A stretch of DNA of 64,000 nt from Phoronis australis (lineage: Eukaryota; Animalia; Phoronida): the NCBI GenBank assembly GCA_002633005.1, contig NMRA01000907.1:32226-96225 (forward strand), given 5' to 3'. Below the pieces are notes generated by a model, which was given only the letters and a program-made list of their open reading frames with translations, was not told the origin of the DNA and searched no databases. Each line of letters begins with the position of its first letter. Position 1 is the first letter of the stretch. Of the stretch, positions 27,251 to 41,100 are shown one piece after another. Both the position numbers and the translations under genes were made by a program.

Positions 27251-27874
27251 CCTTTCTTCGGCAGTGTATCTGATTGAGTGGGACTGATTTCGTGGGTTCT
27301 CGGAGGACCTTTTTATCATGATGAGTGCTTACTGGTTCGTCGACAAAATGTTTCTGCTTTAAGTGGTAAGTCATTCATTAATCACTGAGCCGAATGGAGC
27401 TCAGTTCAGGCCGATATTCGTTCCTACTGGGTTTCGAAATAACTTGCCAGAAAAAGTCATACCGACTATGTTCTTCTGCTGGAAGAACCAAATGGAAACG
27501 TTTACTTCCATCCTATTTTCTGCGTGTTAGTACTTGATGTGTGTTTTAACATGAATTAGGCGGAGATTGGAACTAACTATGCTATGTTTGGACTTATATC
27601 ACATTAAATATGGAGCAGCATTTCGAGAATATTTTATACTTGGCTCATTCAGATTGTTATTTTTCCTACAAATGTGTTTTATTCACACCACGCTCAGCGT
27701 GTCTTCAAAGCTTTCGTTGACGTCATTTTTCGGCGCATGATGTTCGCGGGTTGGGACGGATATACGATTTCATGAGATCGAAGGCCTATTCATCGCCCAC
27801 TAACCCCATTTTGGGAGTGTGAAAAATGATCTGCCACAGCTTATCATGCATTTGAACTGAGCTCAGTTATTGAG

Positions 27875-28029
27875 CAGGGACGGATCCAGGGTTTTGACTT
27901 AGGGCACAGTATTAGCCAGGATTTTACCTGTCAGACATTCGCACTCCCGAACTGCCAAATGGAAACTCTAGAGAGAATATTAGGATGGGTCATGGCCTCC
28001 TTGCACTATCCCCCTATATCCGCCACTGT
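27875..28029. mobile_element. Short hAT-like MITE
   Basis: cagggacggatccaggg ... atccgccactg imperfect TIRs; no clear TSD. Confidence 0.45.
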
Positions 28030-28706
28030 TGGGGCCAGTCGACTTCCTCCGAGTACTCACCATCTGTTCTCTCATGATCAACAACGCAGATCTGCATGTA
28101 GGCTACGTGGCGGTCACATTTTCATTACCAGTGTCTCCCAGGTATTCCGATAACAACATTTTCAGCCGGGGTCCGTTTCATCCAAGCTGATCAGACCTGT
28201 GTTACGATTCTAATGAGGTCGAAACTTTGATTCCAATTTTTCATTCGGCTCATACATCTAAACGCAGCTGAAGAAGGCGGTTTTTATGCCTGAAGGTGAA
28301 CAAAGCAGTGTCGTGTTTGCAGTAAGTGCCCGGTCCGGTCGTAACTTTTTACGACCGGACTTTCCTTTGATAAAGGAACCCCTTCCTTTATGAAATTCAA
28401 TATATAACAAACACTAGTTTTATTCACATTTTTTAGCTCAGCAAACAGGTTTTCTACAAGCAAATTGTTGTGTCACTTGTGTTTTTCCGTGTGAAACAAA
28501 CTTTTGGTAATTCTGGCTCGAAACCTCAAAATTCTATGGTGATTCATTTTTGTCACGTGAACTTACCTGATTATGCCAGTGGGTATTGTTAATGGACCAC
28601 TAGATAACTAAAGGCGAAGTCGTTAATTTGAAATAGACCAAGTTCGATTTCAACACCAATATTTTAAGCTAACTAATGACTAGCCTGCCTAAATCAAGCT
28701 CCTGCC

Positions 28707-29660
28707 TCAGGCTAACAAATTTTCACTGTTCAGTACAGTCGAATGAACTTTGTTCTTTTTGCAAAAGCAAAACACGTATCTACACGATTCTCTACAATGC
28801 CTGGATCGTAGACCGTACAAACAACCGTTTAGAAAAGCACTGGAATAGGCGCACCACATTACGACACGATGTGCAGATTGAGGCCATTCGCCGTTAGGAT
28901 CCGCCACCGTCCGAGCAGTCATGGGGGCGAAGCAGACGACAAACAAGATTAACGCCATCGCTTGAGTACCAAATTCCTTTGACGCCTTGTGAAAACGATG
29001 GGGATCGCCGTCATCGCGCGACAACCGAGTTTTTACAATAATCAGTAGACTGCACGTAATTAATATAATACAAACAGATGTAAATCCCACAACCACTAAA
29101 ATCAACGTTAAACTATCGATTTGTCTCCCGTTTTTACTTCCATAATTATCGCAAATCCCTGAAATTGGTAGCTTGTCTCGCCTGTAACCGCCAAAAGTTG
29201 TGAGCGCCACCAGTAACGAGCAGACAAACGAGCACAGCAATAACACGGTCGTGTTTCTCCATGAAAACAGCTGGTCATAAAACACCTCATTCCATACTCT
29301 TACGCAGCGATTCACTGCCACTGCCGATGTCGTTAGAAAGGATAGCCCAACGCAGATGCGTAATATTATTTCACCTATAAAACACGGCGACGATTCGCCT
29401 AATAGTGCATAATTCGACAAAATGTTGCCCAGAAAGATTGGTAAAACTGTTGTTAACAGCAGAAGGTCCGACAGTGCTCGAACAAGTAGCAGAACTTTAC
29501 CCGCCTTGCGACGTAACTCCTCGCGCAGAATAATAACACCTACAACAACCACATTGGGAAGAAAGCCGACCGGAATGAGCATTGATAGAAAAACCTTTTC
29601 CGTAGCATTCAGAGCTGACGTCACGTTTTCGTAGCCATTGGAACTTCCACGGAGCACCAT
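28707..29660 (-). CDS. Class A GPCR, paralogue of the 18575 gene, intronless CDS, about 317 aa
   Basis: Seven hydrophobic segments; ALSD, AVNRC, CFAP, LNGCLYG; shares LSNYA and DP.G.WP..AH..VMW with the first GPCR. ATG at 29660 lies just after a likely acceptor ttttccAG (29686). Confidence 0.9.
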   Translation of the reverse strand: MVLRGSSNGYENVTSALNATEKVFLSMLIPVGFLPNVVVVGVIILREELRRKAGKVLLLVRALSDLLLLTTVLPIFLGNILSNYALLGESSPCFIGEIILRICVGLSFLTTSAVAVNRCVRVWNEVFYDQLFSWRNTTVLLLCSFVCSLLVALTTFGGYRRDKLPISGICDNYGSKNGRQIDSLTLILVVVGFTSVCIILITCSLLIIVKTRLSRDDGDPHRFHKASKEFGTQAMALILFVVCFAPMTARTVADPNGEWPQSAHRVVMWCAYSSAFLNGCLYGLRSRHCRESCRYVFCFCKKNKVHSTVLNSENLLA

Positions 29661-31601
29661 TGTTCTTTTTTGAGTCACGGTAATCCTGGAAAATTATGTA
29701 GTATGGCAATGAGGTACTCAAATGCGTGGAATGTTATTAACTCTACGTTATTGTTCTTAAGACTCTTAATAACATTTGGTTGCTGAACTCAGCAAAAAAT
29801 TTCCTAAAAATGGTTCCAATCCCCTTGTGAATGGTAGACCAATGTGACTCGTTTTGAACAGAAGTAACTGTATTTTTGAGAGCAATGTGAAATAATTTTG
29901 ACATTGTTTTTCGACCATTTGCTTTTCCAAGAAATTTTGTTAAAACACCCAACTAACCTGTTTTATTCACCTTTTCGCTCGTTACGTGTTCATTTCTCCC
30001 CGTTCTCTAGTTACAGCTGTGCTGACGAATACTATTCGTGTACTTCAATGATGTCATCGCGCCCAGGTTTGATGTTGGTGGCGGATTCCAAGAAGTAGGA
30101 ATTCAAACCGGACTTGCTCAACGTAACAGAAAGAAAACTCGTTGCAGACCGTTGTCCTCGGTTCAGCTGTGCTCTGCATCTACATGTGTTAATGATGCTT
30201 TCTCACGGCAGTTTTTGCCACGTATAGTATTCATAGTGTAGTATCGGTATCTATATATATTGACATTCTTCCATCTGAAATCCATATTCATTGATCTGCG
30301 AAGTGCGATTAATTGATTATAGATCCGGATTACCAGTGCCTAGTCGAGATGACAAATATTTGTACTTTAACTATAGGTATTGATGATCTCCGCTTAGACA
30401 ACGTAGGCTTAACATGTTGGTTCACAGAAATATTTGTTCGGTCACACTTCTAAACGCTTGCGTACGCGTCTGTTTGTGTTCAGACATTAGTTGACCAGTG
30501 TCCCTTGTGTGGCTCAATACCACATGTTTACGAAAAAGCATTTATCGAGCTTATGAAAATAAGGCCTGGCCGTTCTATTTATTTGTACATCGGTTGAGTG
30601 CATCATGGCGATTTTGCAATGAATTCAATCAATACAGTCGTTTCGTTTTAAAACAAATTCCTACACGCAAACATTGTTACTCCATTGAATGACACCCGCT
30701 ATTACCTGTTCATTGGTCTACGTCTTCCATTCCTTCTAGTTTCTCCAAAAATTAGTCATAAACTAATACCGATGACGGTCTGAGCTGCCGTTACTTTTAT
30801 GAATAACTATAGCTACTGCTTTAAATTACTGGGAGTAGACATCTCACCGAACACATGGTGTATCTTTCAACACGCCACAGATTTTTCAAAAGAAACTAAA
30901 TTTAGCAAAATTCAAGTTTATATTTTATGGTTGCACAATAATAAAATGACCGCCAAGATGAATTACTTGGAAGTGGCTCAATTCTTTTATAAGCACAGGC
31001 AATTATACGAAGAGCTGAAATGTTCCTCACTAGCTAAACAACAGCAGGATGCAAAAACACAATAGCATGTCATTCTGTCACACTAGCCAATTACAGAAGA
31101 GAATCTTTGCCAATAACGCAAGCTGCTTCACATGAACTCCGTCCACCGTTAAATACCATATACAAATTCACAGGCACTTAAAATTAATATGTTCCTCGGT
31201 CACCACTGGCACGATCCACTGTAATAAAACTTTGTTGCGGTGCGTCATTGAGAATATTCGTCGGCCTGTGTACAAATTGCACTACACGGAAACACTGCTC
31301 ATTTTGATCACGCATGCATGCACGCATACACACATTAGGGCAAATAAGCACAGGCATATATACATGTGTTTAGTAATATGTAAATCTTATACAAAATGTT
31401 GTTATCACTTACACATTAACAGTTTGCTTATATTGTATTCCGTGGAGTATATTGGATGTATAGCACTGACGTTATTTTCCTAAGGTGTCAGGTTTATGGT
31501 ATTGATTCCATCAGTCTTCCAACGTTATGCATGGGAAATAAAAACTACATGTAGGCCTACAGTCTTTTATATTCTATTGCTCACTTGCATTGGATCGCAT
31601 T

Positions 31602-31918
31602 GTTACTGAAAAAGGTGGGGATACTCCGTTTGTAGAAATGGTTGGATAGACGGTATCAAAAATTTGTTTAACTTAATTGACTTGTTGTATTGCATTGGTG
31701 GGGGCCCTCAATGAAACGGTTTTTCCCATTGACTGAGACTCCACAGCTAAACTAAGCTAATATATGCCTAGGAAGAGTTTTAAATTTAATATGTTGCGTC
31801 TTTAGACCAAATTAGTGACCACGTGTAATGATAGGTTACTGAAAAAGGTGGGGATACTCTGTTTGTAGAAATGGTTGGATAGACGGTATCAAAAATTTGT
31901 TTAACATAATTGACTTGT
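31602..31918. repeat. 84-bp direct repeat pair (31602-31685, 31835-31918)
   Basis: gttactgaaaaaggtggggatactc...aattgacttgt occurs twice, with 2 mismatches. Confidence 0.9.
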
Positions 31919-34869
31919 AATCCTGTTTTCAAAATTTGGCTAATTGTATCATAGTAGAAGCTAGAAACAAACTATTTGAATACTCGAAACATATTTAGTC
32001 CGAGTCTTTTGTAACAGAATCGAAGTTAAGAATGTATATTTTATTTAAGCTGAGTTTTCAAGTGAACCGTGTGTGAAGCTTAATTTATCTCGTTCTGAGT
32101 GATCTGTTTTGGCTCCGTTCAGAAGAGGAAATCTTCCGAATGCACTTAGAAAAACTGGTCGTTAGTAAACACTCCTGTAAGTGAAAGACTGCTTGTGCTG
32201 GCTATTCCGATTCTGTGGAGGATGGGTTACATTTTGTGTTCAGTGGTTGTTCTCTTTATAACTCACGGAGGTCTATTCAATTGTGTTTTCCTTCATGTCC
32301 CGAATTTTGCATTTTTCAGAAGATTAGATACGTTAAAACTGCTGTTTCAATACCTTGCCAAATATTTCAAGTCTGCTTTTGAACTTAGAAACCGTCGCAT
32401 TTATGGTAGGCCTACATGTACAGTGAGTTGTGTGGCTATAGTGAATAATAAGCCCAACTGGGCTGGGTACTTGTTATTCTGACGAATGTTACACCTATAA
32501 TTGTCTGAATTCATTGTGCTCACTATATTAAATTAATACATGCATACACACACACGCACACGCGTATACATACATCCGTACTTGCATGATTTCATACATA
32601 CATACATTCGGCATTCAATCATTCATAGTCATAAAATTACATACACATACAGTACACCTTTCCAACTGTTTTATTATCTTTTTAAAATTGCACATGTAAC
32701 GTAAGTTTATAAACGGGTCTCCGTCGGATCTACGTTTTCAGTAAGTAGTGGGGGTTAGGGTTCGCGGGAATCCGAGTCGCCTAGTCATCATGTTCATTAT
32801 CGCCACCTTTATCATCATGGTTATCCCCATCCCCGTTCAGGTCTTTTCAGTTAATTTCGTCAAGTGCCGCTCATCCGAGTACTTGTGCAGGGAACAAATT
32901 GACACCAGTATTATAATGGTTCTATTATTGTTCTAAATCGCAAGATGACTTCTTATACAGTAGCCTTGAAAACAGAAGGGATATGTCCATATCCTGGGCT
33001 TGGTTTCACACATGATTCTCATGTGCCGAATTCCTGATATAGGCACAGGTTCGAATATAGACGTGTGGGCCTAAATACGCGCATACATGGTCATAATATT
33101 TACACGTACGTACATGTACATGTTTGCACCAAACTCAAGCTGTGTTGTGGCTGTGAATGAAACCCTAATACACATAAATGAATTCTGTACTTCAAGAGCG
33201 CACTGTTAACATGGTCTCTCAGTAGACAGTGGGAGGATGACCAACAGAATGAAACAGGTTTTATAATTACAGCTTGCAAAATAAGCAAATTATATTCATT
33301 TATTGCGAATGTGTTGTTTTAATAGTTCAGCCTTGCAATATTTAACGACACCCTACTCTATATTCATAAGATTGCGTGAACAGCAAGAAATGAAAAGTTA
33401 CGCTAGATGGCGTGCACAACTCAGTATTACAATTGTTCGGGAGGTTGCCTGGTCAAAATAGTCGATGATTTTCCATTATTGGACCGTGAAATACAACGGA
33501 ACAGTTACATATATAATTACACGATATTTACAATGAAAATAGATTGAAGAAAATGAAAGAAACACGTAGTGTCAAAGCACAGTGGGGCAAATCGGTAACT
33601 ATATAATCACGTGAAGTGTAGACAATTATTACATATGTACATACGTCGTACAATTCCAAGTGGTGGCACTGCTGTGTACAAATATTAGAACTAGAGCGGA
33701 ACTCGGCCACCATAGTGAGACGTCAGCTGTCTTTTGATGGACATCCCGAAATTATGGACAGTATATTGTATATTGTTTACACAAATACTTACTGCAATAT
33801 AAAATCAACTCACCACACTTAAATAAAATCTGTTCAATAGCACACAATAATCCTACACTATGCTGAACTCGGCACTCGGATACTTTGTGAGGGTGAATTT
33901 AACTACATTGGCCAACATTGATTCGCCGTTGTCGAGCCAATACAGGAACACGAAACCACGCTGATCCGATGATATTCCAAACATAAATGTCTGATTTATG
34001 TTAACGTGCTTAACGAATTCGTTCGTCTCACATCCGGAGTGTCATTCTAAAGTACAGGCACGAACTTAGGCCGATTAAACTCCCTAAAAACCGAATGGAA
34101 AGGATTCATTTTGCAACCGAACTAATAGAAGATTTTCATAATTTGCCGAATTTCGTCGTCTTAAAATTATACAGACCAAAAGTTTTTGCATGGATTAGTA
34201 GAGAACACCTGCAAAACGAATCTGTCCTGCGAAAGGGTTACTTATTCACTAAAGCTCATACATAATTCATCTCATTCTTTCTCGGCAACGCAACGTTCTC
34301 ATTAGACTTCCTACATGTAGGAGCGATTATAGCGGAGTTTCCCAGACACACATCCCCAAAGACATATAGCTAAAGACAGGCACCCTGTTGTTGAAAGCAT
34401 AACCTTGTGATTTGATGCTCAACGTGTAGTCAACATTTAGGTAAAGTTTACAACAAAAAATCACTATGACTACGCTTGTACCAAGAATGGGATGCGGTCC
34501 GTAAGGAAATGTACAAAGTGGTAGTGACATTCGAAGTGATCAACGTGGGGAGTTTGTGGACGTTGGTCCTGTTCCTTTGTTTTATGCGGCCTGGAGAACG
34601 TTTCATGTTTCTTAGAGGAAGAGCGAAAACGAGTTGGTAACTCGTGCGACCAGTTTCCCAAAAGGTTACGTCATTAAATCGCAACAGTTCAGTGAAACAG
34701 GGTCCATAGGCCAATTTGTAATTCTTGCCAGTGCATTGCCTTATACGGACCGTATCCCATGTTGACATATCACTTTCTGTACTAGCATGACCATACTATT
34801 TTGTTATTTTTTTGTAAATTTTGGCCCCTTCAAGTTGATCATCAAACCATAAAGTCGTACCATCATAGA

Positions 34870-35187
34870 TCACAGTACACGATCTGGCCTTCCATGGAAA
34901 ATGTCCGCACACAAGTCAGGATAATCGTTTAGAAAGAAGTCATAAATGAACTCCATTCTCACTCCCTGTTCAATCTCTTTAAGATGAAATTCCCCAGGCG
35001 CCACCCTTATGTCATGTCCGCACGTGTGCATGACAGCCACGCACGCCTCCTGTTGGTGGTTAGCTACAAAGCCTGGGCTTCCTGAGCTGCCACTGCCGAA
35101 TTTTGAACTGGATTGGTAAAGCGCTCGCCGTCTGTCTGTTATGTTTTTGAACATGTCTTGTTTATATTTCCTGTGTAGCCCAAGGAG
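34870..35187 (-). CDS. Last exon: protease catalytic Ser (FGSGSSGSPGF) and C-terminus
   Basis: Acceptor ttacAG; LYQSSSKFGSGSSGSPGF...VAVMHTCG...IEQGVRMEFI parallels the FAM111 pattern GSSGSPVF/VAMH/IEFG; stop TGA. Confidence 0.92.
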   Translation of the reverse strand, partial: LLGLHRKYKQDMFKNITDRRRALYQSSSKFGSGSSGSPGFVANHQQEACVAVMHTCGHDIRVAPGEFHLKEIEQGVRMEFIYDFFLNDYPDLCADIFHGRPDRVL

Positions 35188-38100
35188 CTGTAAGTATAAC
35201 AATGTGACTTCAGTGGTAAATGACAGGTAAAAACATGTAACGTGTCGGTCACTGATGTAAGCAAACTATGACTGTCGATCATTGAAATAGTACAATATTC
35301 TAGTTACAAAAAAGGTTTAATTTTAAGAGTGTATTTAAAAGGCATAAAATACATAACTTGTTTCCAAGAGTTTAACTCATATGTCTATGCTCCCTTTTCC
35401 CTGAACTCAAGAGAACAACTGGCATGTTTAAATTCAGTGACATGGGTATTTTAAAAGCATTCAGCTGACAAATGTCCAGTAATCCTACCGTTATAAACCT
35501 CACCCTACAATGATCTATATAACTAGCCGAATTGGTTTTATTTAAAAATGGACAAAAGTATATTGTAGGTCACATTCCATTCATTCCGAATGACATAGTA
35601 AATGTTATCGTACCTTTTCTATATTTTGTGGCGATGTACAATCATAGTCAATAGTACACATCGTATCCAAAACTTTCCCATCGCCAACTGGATGTCCAAC
35701 AAAATGAATATATCGCTGTGCATCAATAGTTGCAAACTCAGTAATAGGCGGCGGAAGTGGGCATTCACTGATCTTCAGACATCGATTGAAGGCTCTTGGA
35801 AGTGATGCCTCGAAATTGAGGTCTAAGACGGCCACATCGAGGTCCTCGCAATGAGCCAATATGGCGCGGATAGGCGCTGCAACGACACCGTCCACTTGAC
35901 GAGGCTTGTTAAAATGAAACAGAGCCACGTTATGCTCGGCTGTAAAATACACATTAGAAATGACCAACAAACAGTTCAGAGCTTATAGGTTGTTACATAC
36001 TACCTAAACAAGCAGACTACAACCAAAAGATTCTGTTACCCGATGATACATGACAGAAGCTGTTAGGGTGTAGTGTAACACTGTTTCATTTGTAATGGAA
36101 GTTGAAAAGTACAAATTGAAACATTGCTTTCTTGTCTCTTAGCTTCTAGTGGCTGTCAATTGTAAGGTGTATCAACTCATAATGCATTATAGAACGCACT
36201 AAATGACTCCAATTAATGTGCTATATAGATTATCCCACATACATAGAAATACTACTGTCATACCCTATCCAGAATTCATTTCATCTGGGAATGTCCCGGA
36301 TGAGATGTGTTGTTGTTGTGTGCTTTGGCTTGTTGTTACATGACGTCATATCCATGTCAAGCCTACCTGCGCCTGTACAGCGATAGGTGATCTGTGAGGC
36401 TTAACAGCTAGTTCAGTTTTATTTCATATTGAATTGATAAGAACTTTCAGTTTTTGAGATGTTCAAGTTAAAAAGATGAATAATTCAATTATAAATGTTA
36501 GTCGGGAACTTTGAAACAATCTCTCCGGAAGTATAAAAGTTGATCAGTTTTGCTAGCAGCAGTTTGTCGCTTTAGCTTCGATGAATTTCGTAGTTTTCTA
36601 GGTCTATTTTCCTGTATTAGGTTATGAAACAGAACTAGTATTAGAAATGTTTCCCCTTGATGCCTTGATGGCAGAACTGGAAAGTAACGGTGGACACTGT
36701 GCCGTGTTTGAGATATCAGGAAAGTATGTCAAAAAGCAGATTTTACGCTACCAGGAGAGCCGAGGAACGCTGCGAGCGCACGCTTGTGTCGGTAAAAAGG
36801 TGCATGTTCGATGTTAGGTATCATTTCTTTGTGATTATCTTAGCTCTCAGTGTACAGTAGATATACTGCACATAAATGCTTCCATAAGAAAACGTTTTCG
36901 TTCGATTTGACTGTGCTGTAATATTGTTTTTCAACCCACTCATGGAATATAAAAGGCACCAAATGACTCCACTTGAACGGCAAAAACCTGTTGGTCCTTT
37001 AAACAAGGAAAGGAATCAACAATTAGTCGAACATGGCGGACTTCAAAGCTAGTCGACTGGACTGCTAAACCAAATTGCCGGTGATCAAACCTGTTGTTCG
37101 AACTTCAAAACGGAATGGTTTCACCCAAAAAATAGTTGACTGGACCAAAAACAGGATGGCCGGTCCCATAACCAGTTGTCCAGAGATCAAACAGGACGGC
37201 TGACTTCCTCAGAGACTCCCATTTAATTCGTTCTCAAGGATTCAAGTGATATCTACTGTCTGTGCACCCGCCAGCCCGTTTTAGGTGTGTTCAACCATTT
37301 TTTGTGTGCCGCCATCTGGTTTTAAGGTCCAACCACCAGGTTAGAACAAGGGGAATTTTATTTTTCAGTCCTGCCAACTTGTTTCAAAGTCCAGGCAAGT
37401 GGTTTTGAAGTCTGGGCAAAGGGTTTTGAAGTCTGGACAAGTGGGTTTGAAGACTGGGCAAGTGGTTTTGAAGACTGGGCAAGTGGTTTTGAAGTCTGGG
37501 CAAGTGGTTTTTAAGTCCGGGCAAGTGATTTTGTCCGACCATTTGTTGATTCCCCTCCTTGTTGAAGCTGCTTTCGCGCCCTGTTATCGAGTTAGATAAA
37601 AACGAAAATAGAATTAGGCATTGTATTCCCGTGAAGTCAGTGTCGTCAGATTATTTGCCGTGATAAAATTCTTTCTACTACAACGGAAAATATGGAAACC
37701 ATTAGTGACCCAAGAAAACGCTTCCAACGTTATTAGAGTTGGCCTTATAGACATCACACAGACTGGGTGGGCAGAACACATGGAGCTCACCTTGTCAACG
37801 TATGACGCCATATTGGAAAGTGTGACACAAAACAAAAATGTCGCAAAACACTGAGACACCTACAACATCAGTCAGGAAATATCCGGGGCTCGATGTGTTA
37901 CATGTATGCCTGCAGCCAAAGAGTTGAGTGTATTGGTCCTACCATTGAATCATAGCTTTTTGGTTCTGCCATAGAGTTTAGTGGTGCTGCTTAGGTTCTG
38001 TCACCGTAGTTTAACCAGTGTAACCATGCGTTGTTTCCACCCAAGTCTAGTCTTGTTGACTGAGATCATATCAAATCAATTTAAAAAATAATTATTGGCC

Positions 38101-41100
38101 AGCATATGATGTTATCGAATGTTGATGCTGTTTGTTAATTGTACTTAAGTAAATATGTGGTATTAATGACAATGATATGTTTTTACTTGTACTGAAAAAC
38201 AGAATCTGCATCATGATGCCCGCCACTCATCCAAATCAGTACATCTACGTGAGTAACATATTTTTATTGAAATACGTACTGCCTTAAAAACTCTTTCTGA
38301 ATATATATTCCCTAATCAGATATTTTTATGTTGTATAAAGGTAAATCCACAGTCTGTACTTATGTCGCACTACTTTGCTTGCCAACAGTTGTTTTGTGAC
38401 TTAAAAACTGCGTAAAAAGTGCAAAGTAACAAAACTAGCATACCTGCACAACTGAGCTGTGCACACGACTTATATTCAATTACGAAGAATTTTAAACTCG
38501 AAACCGAGTGGAAATATTTCCATCGGAGCCGGTGTTCATTAAACAATGACCCAGTGAAAAAAATGACTATGGGTATTTTTTTCAAGGGGTATAAATTCAA
38601 TGTGAAGAATTTGCCACTCGTGAATATTACGATCAAAAGTTGGAATATGGTACCGGTAAGCATGGCGCTACTAACACATAGTGTACACACAAGGTAATGC
38701 AACACAGTCACTGAATGTCCTGGCGCTCACTTAAGACTGGCCTTCTAGTTAGATAAGTTATAACGTTGTTTATAAAAGTACCTGAACCCCAATAGTTTTA
38801 AAACAACAGATCGCTATACAGCTCTACATTTTTATTTGTGAAAAAAATGCCTTAATTCAAACAATTGCAAGTTCGTACTTACGTTCATGACTAAGTTCTT
38901 TTAATACATGACAGTTTGTCATGATGTAAGTTGGACCAACACGGAACCCAGATCCCACTCCTGTCCCGTCTGCTCTTGCCAATAACGCTACAGATTGGAG
39001 AGCGTCAGAAAGAGACTTGTGTAAGTCCGCCCACATCACGTTCTTACCAGGAGCATGGAATTGTGTTGTTGAACCGGTTAATTGTGTCGGAGACTGTAGG
39101 AGTGGAAAGTAATCTGGAAAATATAGAGCTGGTTCATGTAGGAACTCTTACGCTGAAACTGGAATAGGAACAGGAATTATTTTATCAAATTTGACTCCTT
39201 CCTTAAACTTTACAATTACCTGACTGCCTGGTAACCACCTCCAGTATGTCCAAGTCGCCGTCGTTTCTCTTGTTTACAGTAATTGTGACCTGTCCCTTAC
39301 CGACGGCGATGGTTTGGCCTTTTGAGTAGACATAACGTTCGAGCATTGCACAAAACTGCTTTTCAGACGGGGCAGCCCTCGCCCCCAGACATTGATCGGA
39401 TGAACCCGCAGTCGCATGGGGTCTCATTTCACCACCACACTGGACACTTTGCTCCATTTTTTTGGATCGACGAGTCTGTTCCATGTGTTGCTGGAGGTGA
39501 CATTGTTAAATGTAAGTAATTGGCTATTTCACATGGATTGTAATCAATACACCTCAAAAGCTTTAAACAACATGCATCCCCAAGCACTACCTCAGGAAGT
39601 AAGTTTTTCACATGAAACCTCGTCAACTGAACTTCAAGGCCGCATGCGCAGTCGTGCAACTAGGTTTGAGTGTAGCAGTGGCCTCAGGTAACTCTCACCG
39701 AGTCGAAAGTTAACGAACTGAATTAGTTCTCGATGGTTCCCTGCGTGTCCGCAAGGGGGAAGAGAACTGCAGGTATTATTTAACAGTCCTCGGTAAAATT
39801 GATACACCTGGGTATTTGCCTTACACCTAAGTTAGTCTGGACGCAAGCTACGGAAACTTTGTCTCAGAAAGCACAGAAAGCAATTTTTTCAATTAAACGT
39901 TTCCAGTCAAAATGTGGACGACTTTCACCGAAAATTGCACTCGAGATTTTTGATAAAATGGTATACCCAATCATTAGCTATGGAAGTGAGATTTGGGGAT
40001 TTAAAGAATACACTAGTATCGAGCGCGTTCAATTGAAATTCTGTAAGCAACTGCTGGGTGTTGGAAGTAACTGTCCAAATCATGCTGTCCTGGGAGAACT
40101 GGGAAGGTATCCAATTTATGTAAAGCTGTTTGTTAAACTGATCAAGTATTGGTTTAAATTGTTAAAAATGCCAGCACATCGAAATCCAAAATCTGTCTAT
40201 GACAAGCTTGTCACATTGGATGAGGCTAGTAGGAAGAATTGGGCTTCATCTGTTAGGAATTTGCTGCAAAGGTATGGTTTTGATTTGGTATGGTACAATC
40301 AGGGAGTTGGCTGCGAAGCATCGTTTCTTGTCATTTTTGAGCAACGAATTAAAGATTGTTTTTTACAAGACTGGAGCTTTGCTGTGGAGAATAGCTCAAA
40401 ACTTAATACGTATTTCTAATTTAAAATTAATTTTGAAATGGAATCCTATCTGTTGCGTGATATTCCATATATCTTTTTAGCAGCTATGGCTAAATTACGT
40501 TTCTCCAACCACAACTTGATGATAGAGAAAGGTAGACATACTCTCGTGGACCAAAAAATACCGTGTGTGTTGTTTCTGTGTGTCCCTAATTGAAGATGAA
40601 TACCATTTTATATGTGTTTGTAAAATGTACTGGTCTCTGAGAACTGCATTTATACCCGAGTGGTGCTGGCGAGAACCAAATCAACATAAATTTGTAAAAC
40701 TTATAAAAATGTCGGAGCCCATTGCTCAGATTAATCTAATGAAATTTGTATTTCACGCCACTGCTCTCAGGGAAAAACTGCTCAGCGTTATCCTGTAAAT
40801 TTCATGTAACATGTGGGCCAAGGCCTTAAATGTTGAAATACATGAATTTATTTATAAAAGTATTATGTAGTGATATTGAATATAACCGACACCCTACATT
40901 GTATTCACCGTGGCCCCGACTTTCGTCAGCGTTTTGTTTCGTTCCCTTTTCATTATAAATCCGTCATGAGGTGTGTGGTCTAGCTCCGTCTGGCGATTTT
41001 TCAAGTTACTAAACTAAACGCCTGAACCCTGTGCATAGGGTTTTAGATGTGGCATGGTTTACTAAAACGCTTATTTTTACGTGTATACATGAGATTTTAT

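Noticed and set aside
34327-34768. Minus-strand ORFs just downstream of the protease stop
   Set aside because: No recognisable domain or splice support; probably 3' UTR or a decayed TE
36367-36391. Possible micro-exon (cacAG...GTaggc) in the protease intron
   Set aside because: 25 nt would shift the frame; the flanking exons already join in phase
37399-37599. ORF with VLKSGQV repeats
   Set aside because: Translation of a 21-bp intronic minisatellite
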